Below, piece by piece: positions 36,983 to 47,861 of a DNA stretch of 64,000 nucleotides. Numbering within the stretch: position 1 is the first letter of the stretch; each line of letters starts with the position of its first letter. The position numbers and the translations under genes are program-made. This stretch comes from Botryllus schlosseri (taxonomy: Eukaryota). The stretch lies in the NCBI GenBank assembly GCA_051294905.1, contig CM119378.1, forward strand, positions 1,862,001 through 1,926,000, given 5' to 3'. The notes under the pieces were generated by a model, which ran no database searches, was not told the origin of the DNA, and saw only the letters and a list, made by a program, of their open reading frames with translations.

Positions 36983-37635
36983 TAGGGCTCTTCAAAAATG
37001 ACTTTTTTTCTCAAATCGTACTGGCTACTTGATAAAATTGTTACGTTACCTAATTTAAGCCTACACACAAAATTTGATTCAATTCCAGCCAGTAACCGCT
37101 TTGCTACAAGAGAAGAAAGTTTCTATTTATTACATAAAAATAGATAATAAAAAATTTGAAAATTTCCTGTTCACCCCATGAAAGTGTTAGGCTGTCTATA
37201 GAAACGATCCTCACCAAATTTGGTTTAATTCCAACCAGTGGAAGCGGAGTTATTGCCGTCGAAAATTTTGATGTGAATAAAATAGTATTTACGGTGAGCG
37301 GAACTATAATAAATAAACGAAGAATCGGTCACGGTAAATACTATTTTATTCAAATCCAAATTTTTCGACGGCAATAACTCCGCTTCCACTGGTTGGAATC
37401 GAATCAAATTTGGTGAGCATCGTTTCTATAGACAGCCTAACACTTTCATGGGGTGAACAGAAATTCTTTATTATTTATTTTTACATATAAATAGTAACTT
37501 TCTTCTCCTGTAGCAAAGCGGTTACTGGCTGGAATTGAACCAAATTTTGTGTGTAGGCTTAAATTAGGTAACCTAACAATTTTATCAAGTAGCCAGTACG
37601 ATTCGAGAAAAAAAAGTCATTTTTGAAGAGCCCTA
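36983..37635. mobile_element. 653-bp foldback (palindromic) element
   Basis: About 315-bp near-perfect inverted arms around a short loop (~37300-37325); perfect 8-bp TSD atgcacat; TAGGG termini; related single arm at ~56770-57037. Confidence 0.93.
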
Positions 37636-38618
37636 ATGCACATATATGTCATTTAGGCCTACACTAGCGTGCGTGGCTATGTAGACAACTGTATCTTTTG
37701 TATGCTGCGATACAACCAATCGATATTTGCAGCCTTCCACTACAGAAAATACAGTATAGAAACTATAATTGTCTTTGATATATTATCTCTTACTGGTAAG
37801 GAGCGCATAATTTCAGTACTCGAAAGGATCATCTCTCGCTATACCCGGCACGAATCATTAGAATTATTACGCAATTCATATCCGAGTACTCCAGTAATTA
37901 TGGCCAAAATGATAGAAAGTTTCCGTTGTTTATGATGTGCCAGATCTGGTAAGAAAGGTGTAGCGTGTACCGGTTACCGGATTTCAAGTCTATTATCTCA
38001 ACAGCGCTAGCAAGTCACCATTATATCGTGTATAAGCACGAATGGGTGATGTCATGATAACAGTATCGTGTCTTTGCGTCGTTTCAATGCCGAGTCCTAT
38101 ACGCAACAATACGTTTGCAGCTACAATACTCACTGGGAAATCACATCCCAACGCGCCAGAATCGTGCATGAGGTTGTCAAACGAATCGATCGGATGACAC
38201 CAAACATGACTCAATCACGCATGTGAGTGTAGGTGGATATCGAATTAGCGAGATGACACGGAACCCTGTATTCCGTCGGCAATTTGAACCGCGCAATCCG
38301 GTGTATTACGTAATCATGACACGATATCTTGAGTGCAGGCCGTAGTCTTTCGTCAGGTGGTACACGCCTCTATGGTATGAAGATCTTTTTCATACGAATC
38401 GACCGGATATACATCGAAGACTTCAGCACACCTCTCTCGTTAAGGGTTATTGTCGAAATGCTCTATAGCAGAAAAACAACAGATTCAAGTGATAGCCAAC
38501 ATCCCAATATCTATCGACACAGTAGGCTTTTATTCGAGCACGACCGATACCGGACTTTCCAGTTGATCCTGATACAACCGATAACTATCGCCTTCAGCGA
38601 TAACGCCGGTATATAGTG

Positions 38619-39517
38619 CAGGGATGGTGTGAACGTGAGGTTCCCCTTCGCCTTCTGGGTGTGAATTTCCGAAATTTGGAGGTTCACGTTCGCAAACGAA
38701 CTTTCGTAGGTTCTGCACTGTGAACCTCTTTGATATATTGTAATTTTACGCGTAATTTCACGACAACTTTGGATGAAATTATTGGCAAAAATTTTGCCTT
38801 CAGACCACTCTCTGCATGGCTCTGGCATTATGGAAAAACACTCAGCACTAAACGAGCAAGCACCTTGCCAAGTTGGAAAACTCATTTGCTTGGTTGATAG
38901 AGTTTGCTCGAAACATTCAGCTTTCCGTCAGTGAAAGTTTAGTGACTCTCTGCCGTGAGCTTAGCCCACACTCGCACAACATCAAGAACAATACGCACTA
39001 CATGTATCTAGTCAGCGAATTCCGCTTATTCCACCGATCAATTATTGAAATCAACGAAATTGATGCAAAGAATGAATCGTTGTCTAATGACAAAATGTAG
39101 GCGTACTGGATCTACGTTGATTGATATGTTTATTGTATCATAAAAACCAAATCTTTCCGATTGGGGTGTTGAACTTGTTTATGAGGTAATATCTTCAATA
39201 TTACTATTCAATTCTATATTGAAGTTCTGTACCTCCAAGAAGCTCTTTGAGGTAATATCTGTAGCAAGTATAGAAACCGGTTTTCACTCTGATCAATATC
39301 TATCTAGCAATATAGTCTGACGCCTAAGTATACATTACGGTCTAGCCTAGACCGTTAAGACGTAAACTTATGCTCCTTTGCAATTCCTCGTCGAAATTGT
39401 TGTTAAAGCGACGGAATGCACTGATTTTATGAAATCATTATAGCATTTGATCGTTCCAGTTTATACATTTGGTGATGCGAACGAACCAGAACCATTCAAG
39501 GATTCGCACCGTCCCTA
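38619..39517. mobile_element. 'TAGGGATGGTGT' MITE copy 3 (inverted, more diverged)
   Basis: cagggatggtgtgaacgtgaggttc ... cgcaccgtcccta; reverse-complement similarity to 11966-12890. Confidence 0.75.
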
Positions 39518-39892
39518 ATATTCAGTCGATATTCATGATACGTTAAGGTACGTTTCCAAAACTTCCTATAGCAATTATTTGAACAGCTTTATACAGCCAG
39601 TGACTGTGACATGCATGCATACATGAAATAAACTCTAGACGGGGAAAATTCATCGCCATTGTCGCCGCGTGATCGTATAGTATGATTCTCGGCAGTAGCT
39701 CGTTTCAGGGTGTTGTAATGTCATTTGGGCTCCCCGTCCCGTAAGTTTCTGTTCTTACAGCATCTTTACAAAAAAGCTCGGGATACAAGGAAAACGAATG
39801 AAAATATGTATCATACTATCTGTTCGTACACTGACTTACTAGAGTCCTAACGTTATATGCATGGTTTGTCTTGAGCGGTTTAAACTTTAAAG

Positions 39893-41457
39893 CAGTGGTT
39901 CTCAAACTTATTCGGTGTCAGGGCCAAATTTAGAATTTCAGAGCACGGTCGGGGCAGCACGAATACCAAGGCAATTAAACGGACCCAAAATGTCATCAAA
40001 ATATGAAAATTGGCATTGCTCCGATCAATCATTTGACGCCATTGGCCATTGTTATGGTCATTGTGTTTCTGCGCTCCCATTGTTCAGAACAGTCGACCTT
40101 TGGAGGCTATTTCGGAGTAGTTTTGTTGCCCTGGCGAGATTTAAATTTTCATTTTTGGAATCAGTGCGAAACTAGCTTTCGATAAAGACCGGACCTATTA
40201 AATTATGCGGACGCTTCGGTCGTGAGCTATAGGACTACCAATTATGCTGCTTTCGGGGCGATTTAGTGAGTCAGGTTTTATCGCCTAGACGGGCAAGCGC
40301 GAAAATATTCTGTAATCCATGATTGAATCGGTCAATATGATCGGGAATTGCATATATATTGCCATCATTTTTTATCCTCTCTCTGCTCACGCAATCAGTT
40401 TTACAATTAGAGCCGAGGGAAGCGTGTTTGAAAAGGCAGGGCCCCTCAATAATAATTAAACATCTTCGGGCGTATATAACAGTTGGCAGGAACGAAACAG
40501 CACTTCGTCAGCCCCCCTCCTCCCCAAAAAATCAGTAAACTTGGGTTTTGGGCTCCCATAGGGTGATAAACCTATCCCTATCACCTTGTTCGCTTTTGCC
40601 CCGAAACTAGCTGTACTGTTAAGTGAGCCAGCGCAAAGCGCGAAAATTTTAGATAATTCATGATAAAATCGGTCAATATGATCGGGAATTGCATATCTAT
40701 TGCTATCAATTTCTTTTCCTCGTTCCTCAAGTAATAAGATTTACTGGTAGAGCTGAGTGAGGTGTCTTGGAAACTGTAGGGGCCATTATTATGATTCCGT
40801 AACATGTTATTTCGTGACCTCCTGTCTGTTAGATCAAAAAATTATAGAATCGCCCAAACATAGGCTTCTAAAACTATGAGACGCACACGATTTCAAATTG
40901 GTATTTCTTCACTGGAATATAATTTTTACCTACGGGATGGCATTTGTCTAGTGAGGTTAAGATTGCCAAGACAGTATTTTGTATATGTAACGACGCTTTC
41001 GGTCAGCATAAGGGCAGTCCTGTTCGGCCAAGGTTTTCTCGCTTGGTGCGTTGTGGTGCGGTAAAGGCCAACGCCGATATGGCCAATGCTCATTTCTATA
41101 AATCTTGCGCATTTTTTCTTGGGGATGAGTACCTAAAAATCAAGATATTTCGCAGCATGAAATCACGCCTACATAAAAAAAATTGAAAAACATGCATAAA
41201 TTTTCCAAAAAATTGGAATTGGTATTGGAATTGGTTTGGCGTGCGGCAGTTACAGTCCTGATCTTATCTATATCTATAGCTACTGCCTACTTTCCTGCAA
41301 TCTTAATTAAAAACTCCTGACTCCAAGCCAAGTTGGTGTATTTTATAAATATAAATTTAATTTTTTGTCATAACTCGATTTCTTAGTATTTTTGGGGCCG
41401 CAAGAAGGCTAGCTGGGGGCCGCATGCGGCCCTCAGGGCCGCGCTTGGGAATCACTG
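39893..41457. mobile_element. hAT-type MITE containing a nested copy (~40230-41260) of the 31577-32712 element
   Basis: Ends cagtggttctcaaac / ttgggaatcactg; gggccgc subterminal motifs. Confidence 0.7.
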
Positions 41458-41832
41458 GTAATGAAGCCTCTGATTATTACACAAGTATATATTCAATTGA
41501 TTGATAAGAAGCCTATCACCGAATTCGATTGAACAAAGCACGAGTACATGGAACCAAGGCTACGGGATCACGTCGTTCGTCGGTAATACATAACACAGCG
41601 GTTCCCAAACCTTATCATCATCATCATTGTGGTGATCAGCAATTAGGCAATAATTACTTTCATCTGATTAGTTACGTTGTACAGATACAGTGTCGCCTTA
41701 TCGTTACCGTGTCATTCTATTCTCTTCTGTTCTGCTGTCAGTTGTGTTCTATGTTGCTTAAAGCCACATTGGTTACCTTTGCTTTAATAAAGCCTCAGTT
41801 AGTTATTCAACGCAATAGTCAGTTTACGACAA

Positions 41833-41848
41833 TTTAAGCAACATAGAA
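41833..41848 (+). other. Putative self-priming primer-binding site
   Basis: tttaagcaacatagaa is the exact reverse complement of LTR 41747-41762 (ttctatgttgcttaaa); no TGG-initiated tRNA PBS is present. Confidence 0.75.
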
Positions 41849-41850
41849 TT

Positions 41851-44800
41851 ATGGCACAAAGGATTCTGAAACCAGACAAGCTTGATATCAGTCCGGACTC
41901 CGCCTTTGCTGAAAAACAGTATAAGCATTGGAAGAAGACCTTCGATAATTTTCTTTCATCATTTGATCAAGATACACAGATCGACAAGTTGAAGATCTTA
42001 ACAAATTTCGTGTCGTCGTCTGTCTATTCTTATTTTGAAGAAAGTTCGACTTACGATACCGCAATAGAACTTCTCGACAAAATTTATATCAAGCAAAAGA
42101 ACGAAATCTTCGTCCGCCACATGCTGGTAACCCGTATTCAGAAGCCCGAAGAGACGATCGAGGAATTTTCCCGCGCCTTGGCAGATCTAGCGAAAGATTG
42201 CACATTCAAGACTCTCTCGGCGGAAGATCATCGCAAGGAGTCCATCCGTGATGCTTTCGTTACTGGTCTCCGATCAAACGTTATCAGACAGAGATTATTA
42301 GAAAGTGACGGGGCTGTAACCCTCGAAACGGCGATCTCAAAAGCCCGCTCATTAGAATTCGCTCAGCGAAGCTCTAGTATCTATTGCAGCACTCCATGTT
42401 CATCTGTCGGCGTCGAACCGCTGGAAAAATCTTTGAATCCCGAAGTCGAACTATCATCCACAGAAACTCACAATCGACTCAACGCAATGAGCAAAACAAT
42501 GAAACCTGATCGGAAGTGCTTTTTTTGCGGTCAGTCATTCCACTCCCGATATAAATGTCCAGCGAAACGGAGCGAGTGTGGCTATTGTGGAGTCCTAGGT
42601 CATTATGAAGTGGTTTGCATGAGAAAGGCCACCGACAACAGGAAAACAGTAACTGCAATGATCTCATACTTCAGCGCCATCGGAGTACCCAAATGTCTCA
42701 TAAAAGCAAGAATCGTGGTTAAGATCGGCTGCCACATAACATTTGCTTTAATCGACTCCGGTTCCGCGGAAAGCTTCATAAGCACTGGATACGCCAACGA
42801 AATTGACCTGAAATCCACTCCGTACTCCTCTACGGTTACATTTGCTTCTAAATCCCATTCCCGCAAGATTGAAGAACTCTACAGACCGGACATTCTTGTA
42901 AACGAAACGAAATATACGGAATTCCCACTTAAAGGGATGGAAGATTTATGCGCTGATGTGGTGCTTGGTCTCGATTTCATGAACTTGCATAAACGGGTCA
43001 TTTTCAATATGGACGGAGATAAAGATACCTTGGAACTCCCTCGAGATCAGAAGTACAGTGTACTGTATGCGGAGTTGCTCAAGCGTGTGTCGAAGCACCG
43101 CAAATTTTCAAGTTTATGACACCGAATTGTAAACGATTGCCACTAAATCCAGAAGATACAGCGAAGCCGATCTACATTTCATTAAAGCGGAAGTTGCGAA
43201 ACTCGAGAAGGAAGGAATCATCGAGCCGTCCTCATCGCCTTGGCGAGCACAGGTTCTTGTTGTAAATGACGGTCGACACAAGAAGCGCATGGTCATCGAC
43301 TTTTCTCATAGACGGTCAACAGGTATACCTTACTAGACGCCTATCCTTTACCAAGGATCGATGACCAAGTCAACAACATCGCACGTTTCAAAGTTTTCAG
43401 TACGTTAGATCTGAAGTCCGCGTATGATCAAGTGGCACTATCACCTGATGATCGTCCGTATACGGCATTCGAAGCCGCTGGAAATCTTTACCAATACCGT
43501 CGATTGCCATTTGGAGTCACCAACGGGGTTTCGGCATTTCAAAGAATAATAGACAACGTCATAAAAGACAACAAGCTCACCGGCACATTCGCTTATCTGG
43601 ATAATATTACTGTTTGCGGTATGGATAAGGACGACCACGATCGAAATCTCGACGCGTTTCTCAATGCCGCTCAGCGATTCAGCCTCACTTTCAATCATTC
43701 GAAGTCGATCATCCGTTCTACGGAAATAGACTTGCTCGGTTATCGCGTGTCGCATGGCGTGATCAAACCGGACCCAGAAAGACTAAAGCCGTTAATCGAT
43801 TTATTGCCGCCACGCAACAACCCAGAACTAAAACGAGTGTGTGGTATGTTTGCCTACTATGCCAAATGGTTGCCTAACTTTTCCGACAAAATCCGTCCTT
43901 TGTATTCAGTCGAAAAATTTCCGCTTTCCGAAAACGCATCTATCGCATTTAACGATTTAAAACGCGAGTTAGTTGACGCGTCTCTTGGTAGGATTGACGA
44001 GACAAGTCCGTTCACAATGGAGTGTGATGCTTCCAATGCTGCTATTGCAGCTATCCTCAGTCAAAACGGTCGACCGGTCGCGTTCATGTCAAAAGCATTA
44101 TCGCCAAGTGAAATACGCTACTCCTCTGTTGAGAAAGAAGCGTCCTCAATTATCGCGGCAGTTCGTAAATGGGCTCATTGTTTACATGGCAGACATTTCA
44201 CTCTTGTTACTGACCAAAGATCTGTCGCGTTCATGTTTGACGGCAAATCTAAAGGTAAAATCAAAAATACCAAAATCCAGCTGTGGCGTGTCGAACTTGG
44301 TCAATTTTCGTATGATATCGTACACAAACCGGGGGCACTGAATGTTGCGGCTGATATGTTTTCGCGGACCACATCTTCGTATTGCGCATCGATTTCACCC
44401 TGTGAGTTGGGTTCTAATCTAAATCGCATACACGACACTCTGGGTCATCCAGGAGTCACAAGGCTGCATCATTTCGTTCGTTCGAAAAATCTCTCGTTTT
44501 CCCTAAATGACGTCCGTGAGACCTGCGCTCGTTGCCGCATTTGTGCTCAAATCAAACCAAATTTTTACAAATGCAATCCGCAAGTGCTTGTGAAAGCAAC
44601 GAAACCTTGGGAAAGAATCAACGCAGACTTCAAAGGGCCTTTGAAATCTAACAAATCCCCTTTCATGTTCGTTGTCATAGACGAATATAGTCGTTTTCCG
44701 TTCGCCTTTCCATGTCGCAACACTTCCGCGCTAACCGTCGTTTCGTGTTTGTCGACACTATTCGCTGTTTTTGGACTTCCGGGATACGTTCACAGTGACC

Positions 44801-45525
44801 GAGGCACCGCTTTCGTGTCCAATGAAGTCAAGGATTATTTACATTCTCGCGGGGTTGCAACTAGCTTCACTACGCCTTACCACCCAACAGGAAATTCGCA
44901 GTGCGAACGCCTTAATCAAACATTATGGCGAACTATCAAACTCATTTTGAAATCAACCGGAGTCTCAGAATCATGTTGGGCTGACGCCCTTCCTCATGCG
45001 CTACATTCAGTTCGATCGCTACTTTGCACGTCAACTAATTCAACACCACATGACCGATTTTTTTCCTTTCCAAGAAAAAGTATGGTGGGGAATAGCGTGC
45101 CATCCTGGCTATTGACACCGGGGCCAGTTTTCTTACGCAAATTCGTCAGAAACAAGGGCGATGAACTATGTTCTGAGGTCGAACTTCTTGAAGCCAACCC
45201 GACTTACGCACGTGTTCGTTTTCCTAACGGCCGCGAGTCAAACGTCTCACTCAACGATTTGGCCCGTTTTCCTACTGGAGAAGAAACACCGTCGACTAAT
45301 CCTGAAACGAAACAAGCTGAACCTTGTTCTGTTGATATCGATGGCCACGAGCCAAGTCGCGAAGTTTCTAACGTTGAGTTGAAGTCATCTGATGAAGAGC
45401 CTCAAGAATCTAACCATTCAGAGGATGCACCAGATGATTCGAGTAGAAATCTAGACGTCGAGCTTCGGCGTTCAACTAGAGTTAGGCGCCAGCCGGATCG
45501 GTATGGTAATTTTGTTAGTCATTGA
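41851..45525 (+). pseudogene. gag-pol polyprotein, originally one ORF, now broken by three frameshifts (~43060, ~43134, ~43309)
   Basis: Two CX2CX4HX4C knuckles; protease LIDSGS; RT SSPWRAQVLVV, DAYPLPRID, DLKSAY, LPFG, YLDN; RNase H CDAS, EKEA; integrase HHCC and D-D-E (DFKGP, SDRG, CERLN); no chromodomain seen. Confidence 0.92.
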
Positions 45526-45781
45526 TGTTTTTGTGTCATTCTTATATGTGAATTTACAAAATGAAAGGGGGGTAGAAAGTGGTGATCCGCAATTAGGCAA
45601 TAATTACTTTCATCTGATTAGTTACGTTGTACAGATACAGTGTCGCCTTATCGTTACCGTGTCATTCTATTCTCTTCTGTTCTGCTGTCAGTTGTGTTCT
45701 ATGTTGCTTAAAGCCACATTGGTTACCTTTGCTTTAATAAAGCCTCAGTTAGTTATTCAACGCAATAGTCGGTTTACGACA

Positions 45782-46290
45782 ATCATCATCATTGGTTTAT
45801 TAGCAATTTTATCAGTTCAATACACCACAAAAAATGCGATACAATGAAAAGAAAGGAAGATGTCGAAGCGACTAGGAGTTGTCTGTGGAATCGGACACCC
45901 ACCTTGGCCTAGGCGAGGTAAAGAGGAGGCATGCACACTGAATGAAAGTAAAGAAGATAGTATAGAAAAAGGAAGCGACAAGAAATAGGGCGGCATGTCA
46001 TGGGAAGCGAGATCGATTGGTCAGTCGTGGTCCGGTAATCTTGAGGATGGACTGTATCTATTTAGTAGTAATTGCTTGTATTTCGACTTGAATGTGAACA
46101 TGCTCGTCGACTGCCGGATGACCGGCGGGATACTGTTCCACACATCAGGTCCGGCATATTTGATAGAGCGATGATCTTTTCGGTCGATCATATGATATTT
46201 GGACGACGTGGACGCGCGTGTGTTGTACTTGTGCGCTTCTGATTCAGAGGTAAAGAAGTCATTGAAGTATTGGTACACCGCAGCAGCGTT
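45782..46290 (-). mobile_element. 5'-truncated LINE (CR1/L2-group-like) ORF2 C-terminus plus 3' UTR; its (ATG)n tail is split by the Gypsy element
   Basis: YFNDFFTSESEAHKYNTRAS..SIKYAGPDVWNSIPPVIRQSTSMFTFKSKYKQLLLNRY; tail repeats at 41614-41627 and 45782-45792. Confidence 0.85.
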
Positions 46291-47861
46291 CAGTGTATTT
46301 TTGGGTGGTACACGATGCCGAGGGCAAACATCTGTTAGATAATCCGATTTGTGCGAATAATTATCGAGACAAATTTCCTGCCGTCGGGAGGGGCCGTTCA
46401 GTTCACACTTCCATTTGTGTGCCTTGGAGTCGAATTTATCAAAATACACCAACCAAAACTCTGTCAACAAAAGAAGTATACATTGAACGCCCTCTCATTC
46501 GAAATTTCATGTTGGTGACGTCATATATTGTGATACGATTGTTGATAAATGATGTTCTTTCCAATGTTCTACTAGTTGCTGACGATTACGCCTGACGAAA
46601 ATATTAGAAAGTAGCCGAAAATATTCGGGTTCATTTCAATATGAATAGTTGAATATGAAGTTCTGTACCTCCACGAAGATCTTCATTACTAAGAACGGAT
46701 ATGTTCTACTCATAACTTCTGGAAAATATCACCGTCAAGTAGAAGCAATGTCGCTTCTCGCAACCAGAACGCCGTGTCGGAGGCCCCAGTGTAAAATCAC
46801 CGTAGACAATTTCTCTTATAAAGCCAGCACACCTTGAAGTGGGTATAGTAACTGCTCAAATACTTCGCAGTTCTCATAACACATAATGAACCACGATTTC
46901 TAGGGATTCTGTCGACGGCTATTAGTCCATTGATGTGCAGGATTAGCATTGCAAAGTAACAATGACCATTTCCGGTACAGCTGAAACGCGCCACTTTCAA
47001 CTCATCACTAATAATAATAATAACAGTAGGCTTGTGACAAATAGCATAAAAATGACTATTTTTGAAAATAACATCACACTATTTATGTGGGAATTGGGTA
47101 GGCGGTAACGATTTCTGTAGCTGTATTTCTTGAAATAAATCGTTGTGTCTTGAAAATCCACGCTGAGCGAGGGCCAAAATTTTATTTCCACAAAGATAAA
47201 TGTTGGCGAATGGTATAATAATGGACAGCGCTTCTGACGAACCCTTTGAGTATGATCGCAACATGTATGCCGCCAAAATTGAGACAGATATTTTTATTCA
47301 ACGTCTAACGCCCATTCTAGACATTACTATCTAGCAGGTCATCTCGAAATTGTTTAGGAAAGGTGGGTATGTATATTACCGGAAGCAATGGATATATGCA
47401 AACATTTCAAGTCACGCTGATTGACCTTACTATTCATACTTTTTTCCACAAACTCGAACAAAGCATTTCTAAACACTCCGTCCCTCGTGGAACTTGAACC
47501 CGGTGGATGTTTCTGTCGCAGACCATAGACTATCTGTATGTCTGTTTGTTTGTCGTAGCTGATAAGGAACCGATATCGAAGTGGACCATGTGTTCCGTTA
47601 ACTATTTTGAGTCCACGTAACAGCTAGTAGCGTAGGGTACGAATCTAGTTAATCCGAGAGTGAGATATCGCGGATTCTTAGAAGAGTTACAGTTGGACAT
47701 TGACTTCGATCTGTGTATTAGGCAGTGGCAACATCATACCTGTGTTCTTTCATATTAGCACCTGCATATAGTAATCGACCACATCGCGAAAACGTAAATG
47801 AATTCAGTGCACGAAAACAAAAATTGGAACATCTCCCTTTAGAATACAAAAATCTCGTTGC

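Larger units (their letters stand above)
41628..45781 (+). mobile_element. Full-length Ty3/Gypsy LTR retrotransposon, 4154 bp; LTRs 41628-41831 and 45578-45781
   Basis: 204-bp LTRs with 3 mismatches; outer ends TG...CA; 5-bp TSD atcat; purine-rich tract gaaaggggggtagaa before the 3' LTR; domain order gag-PR-RT-RH-IN. Confidence 0.97.

Noticed and set aside
41529..41837. ORFs 41529-41837 and 45503-45847 with near-identical peptides
   Set aside because: These are chance translations of the two LTRs
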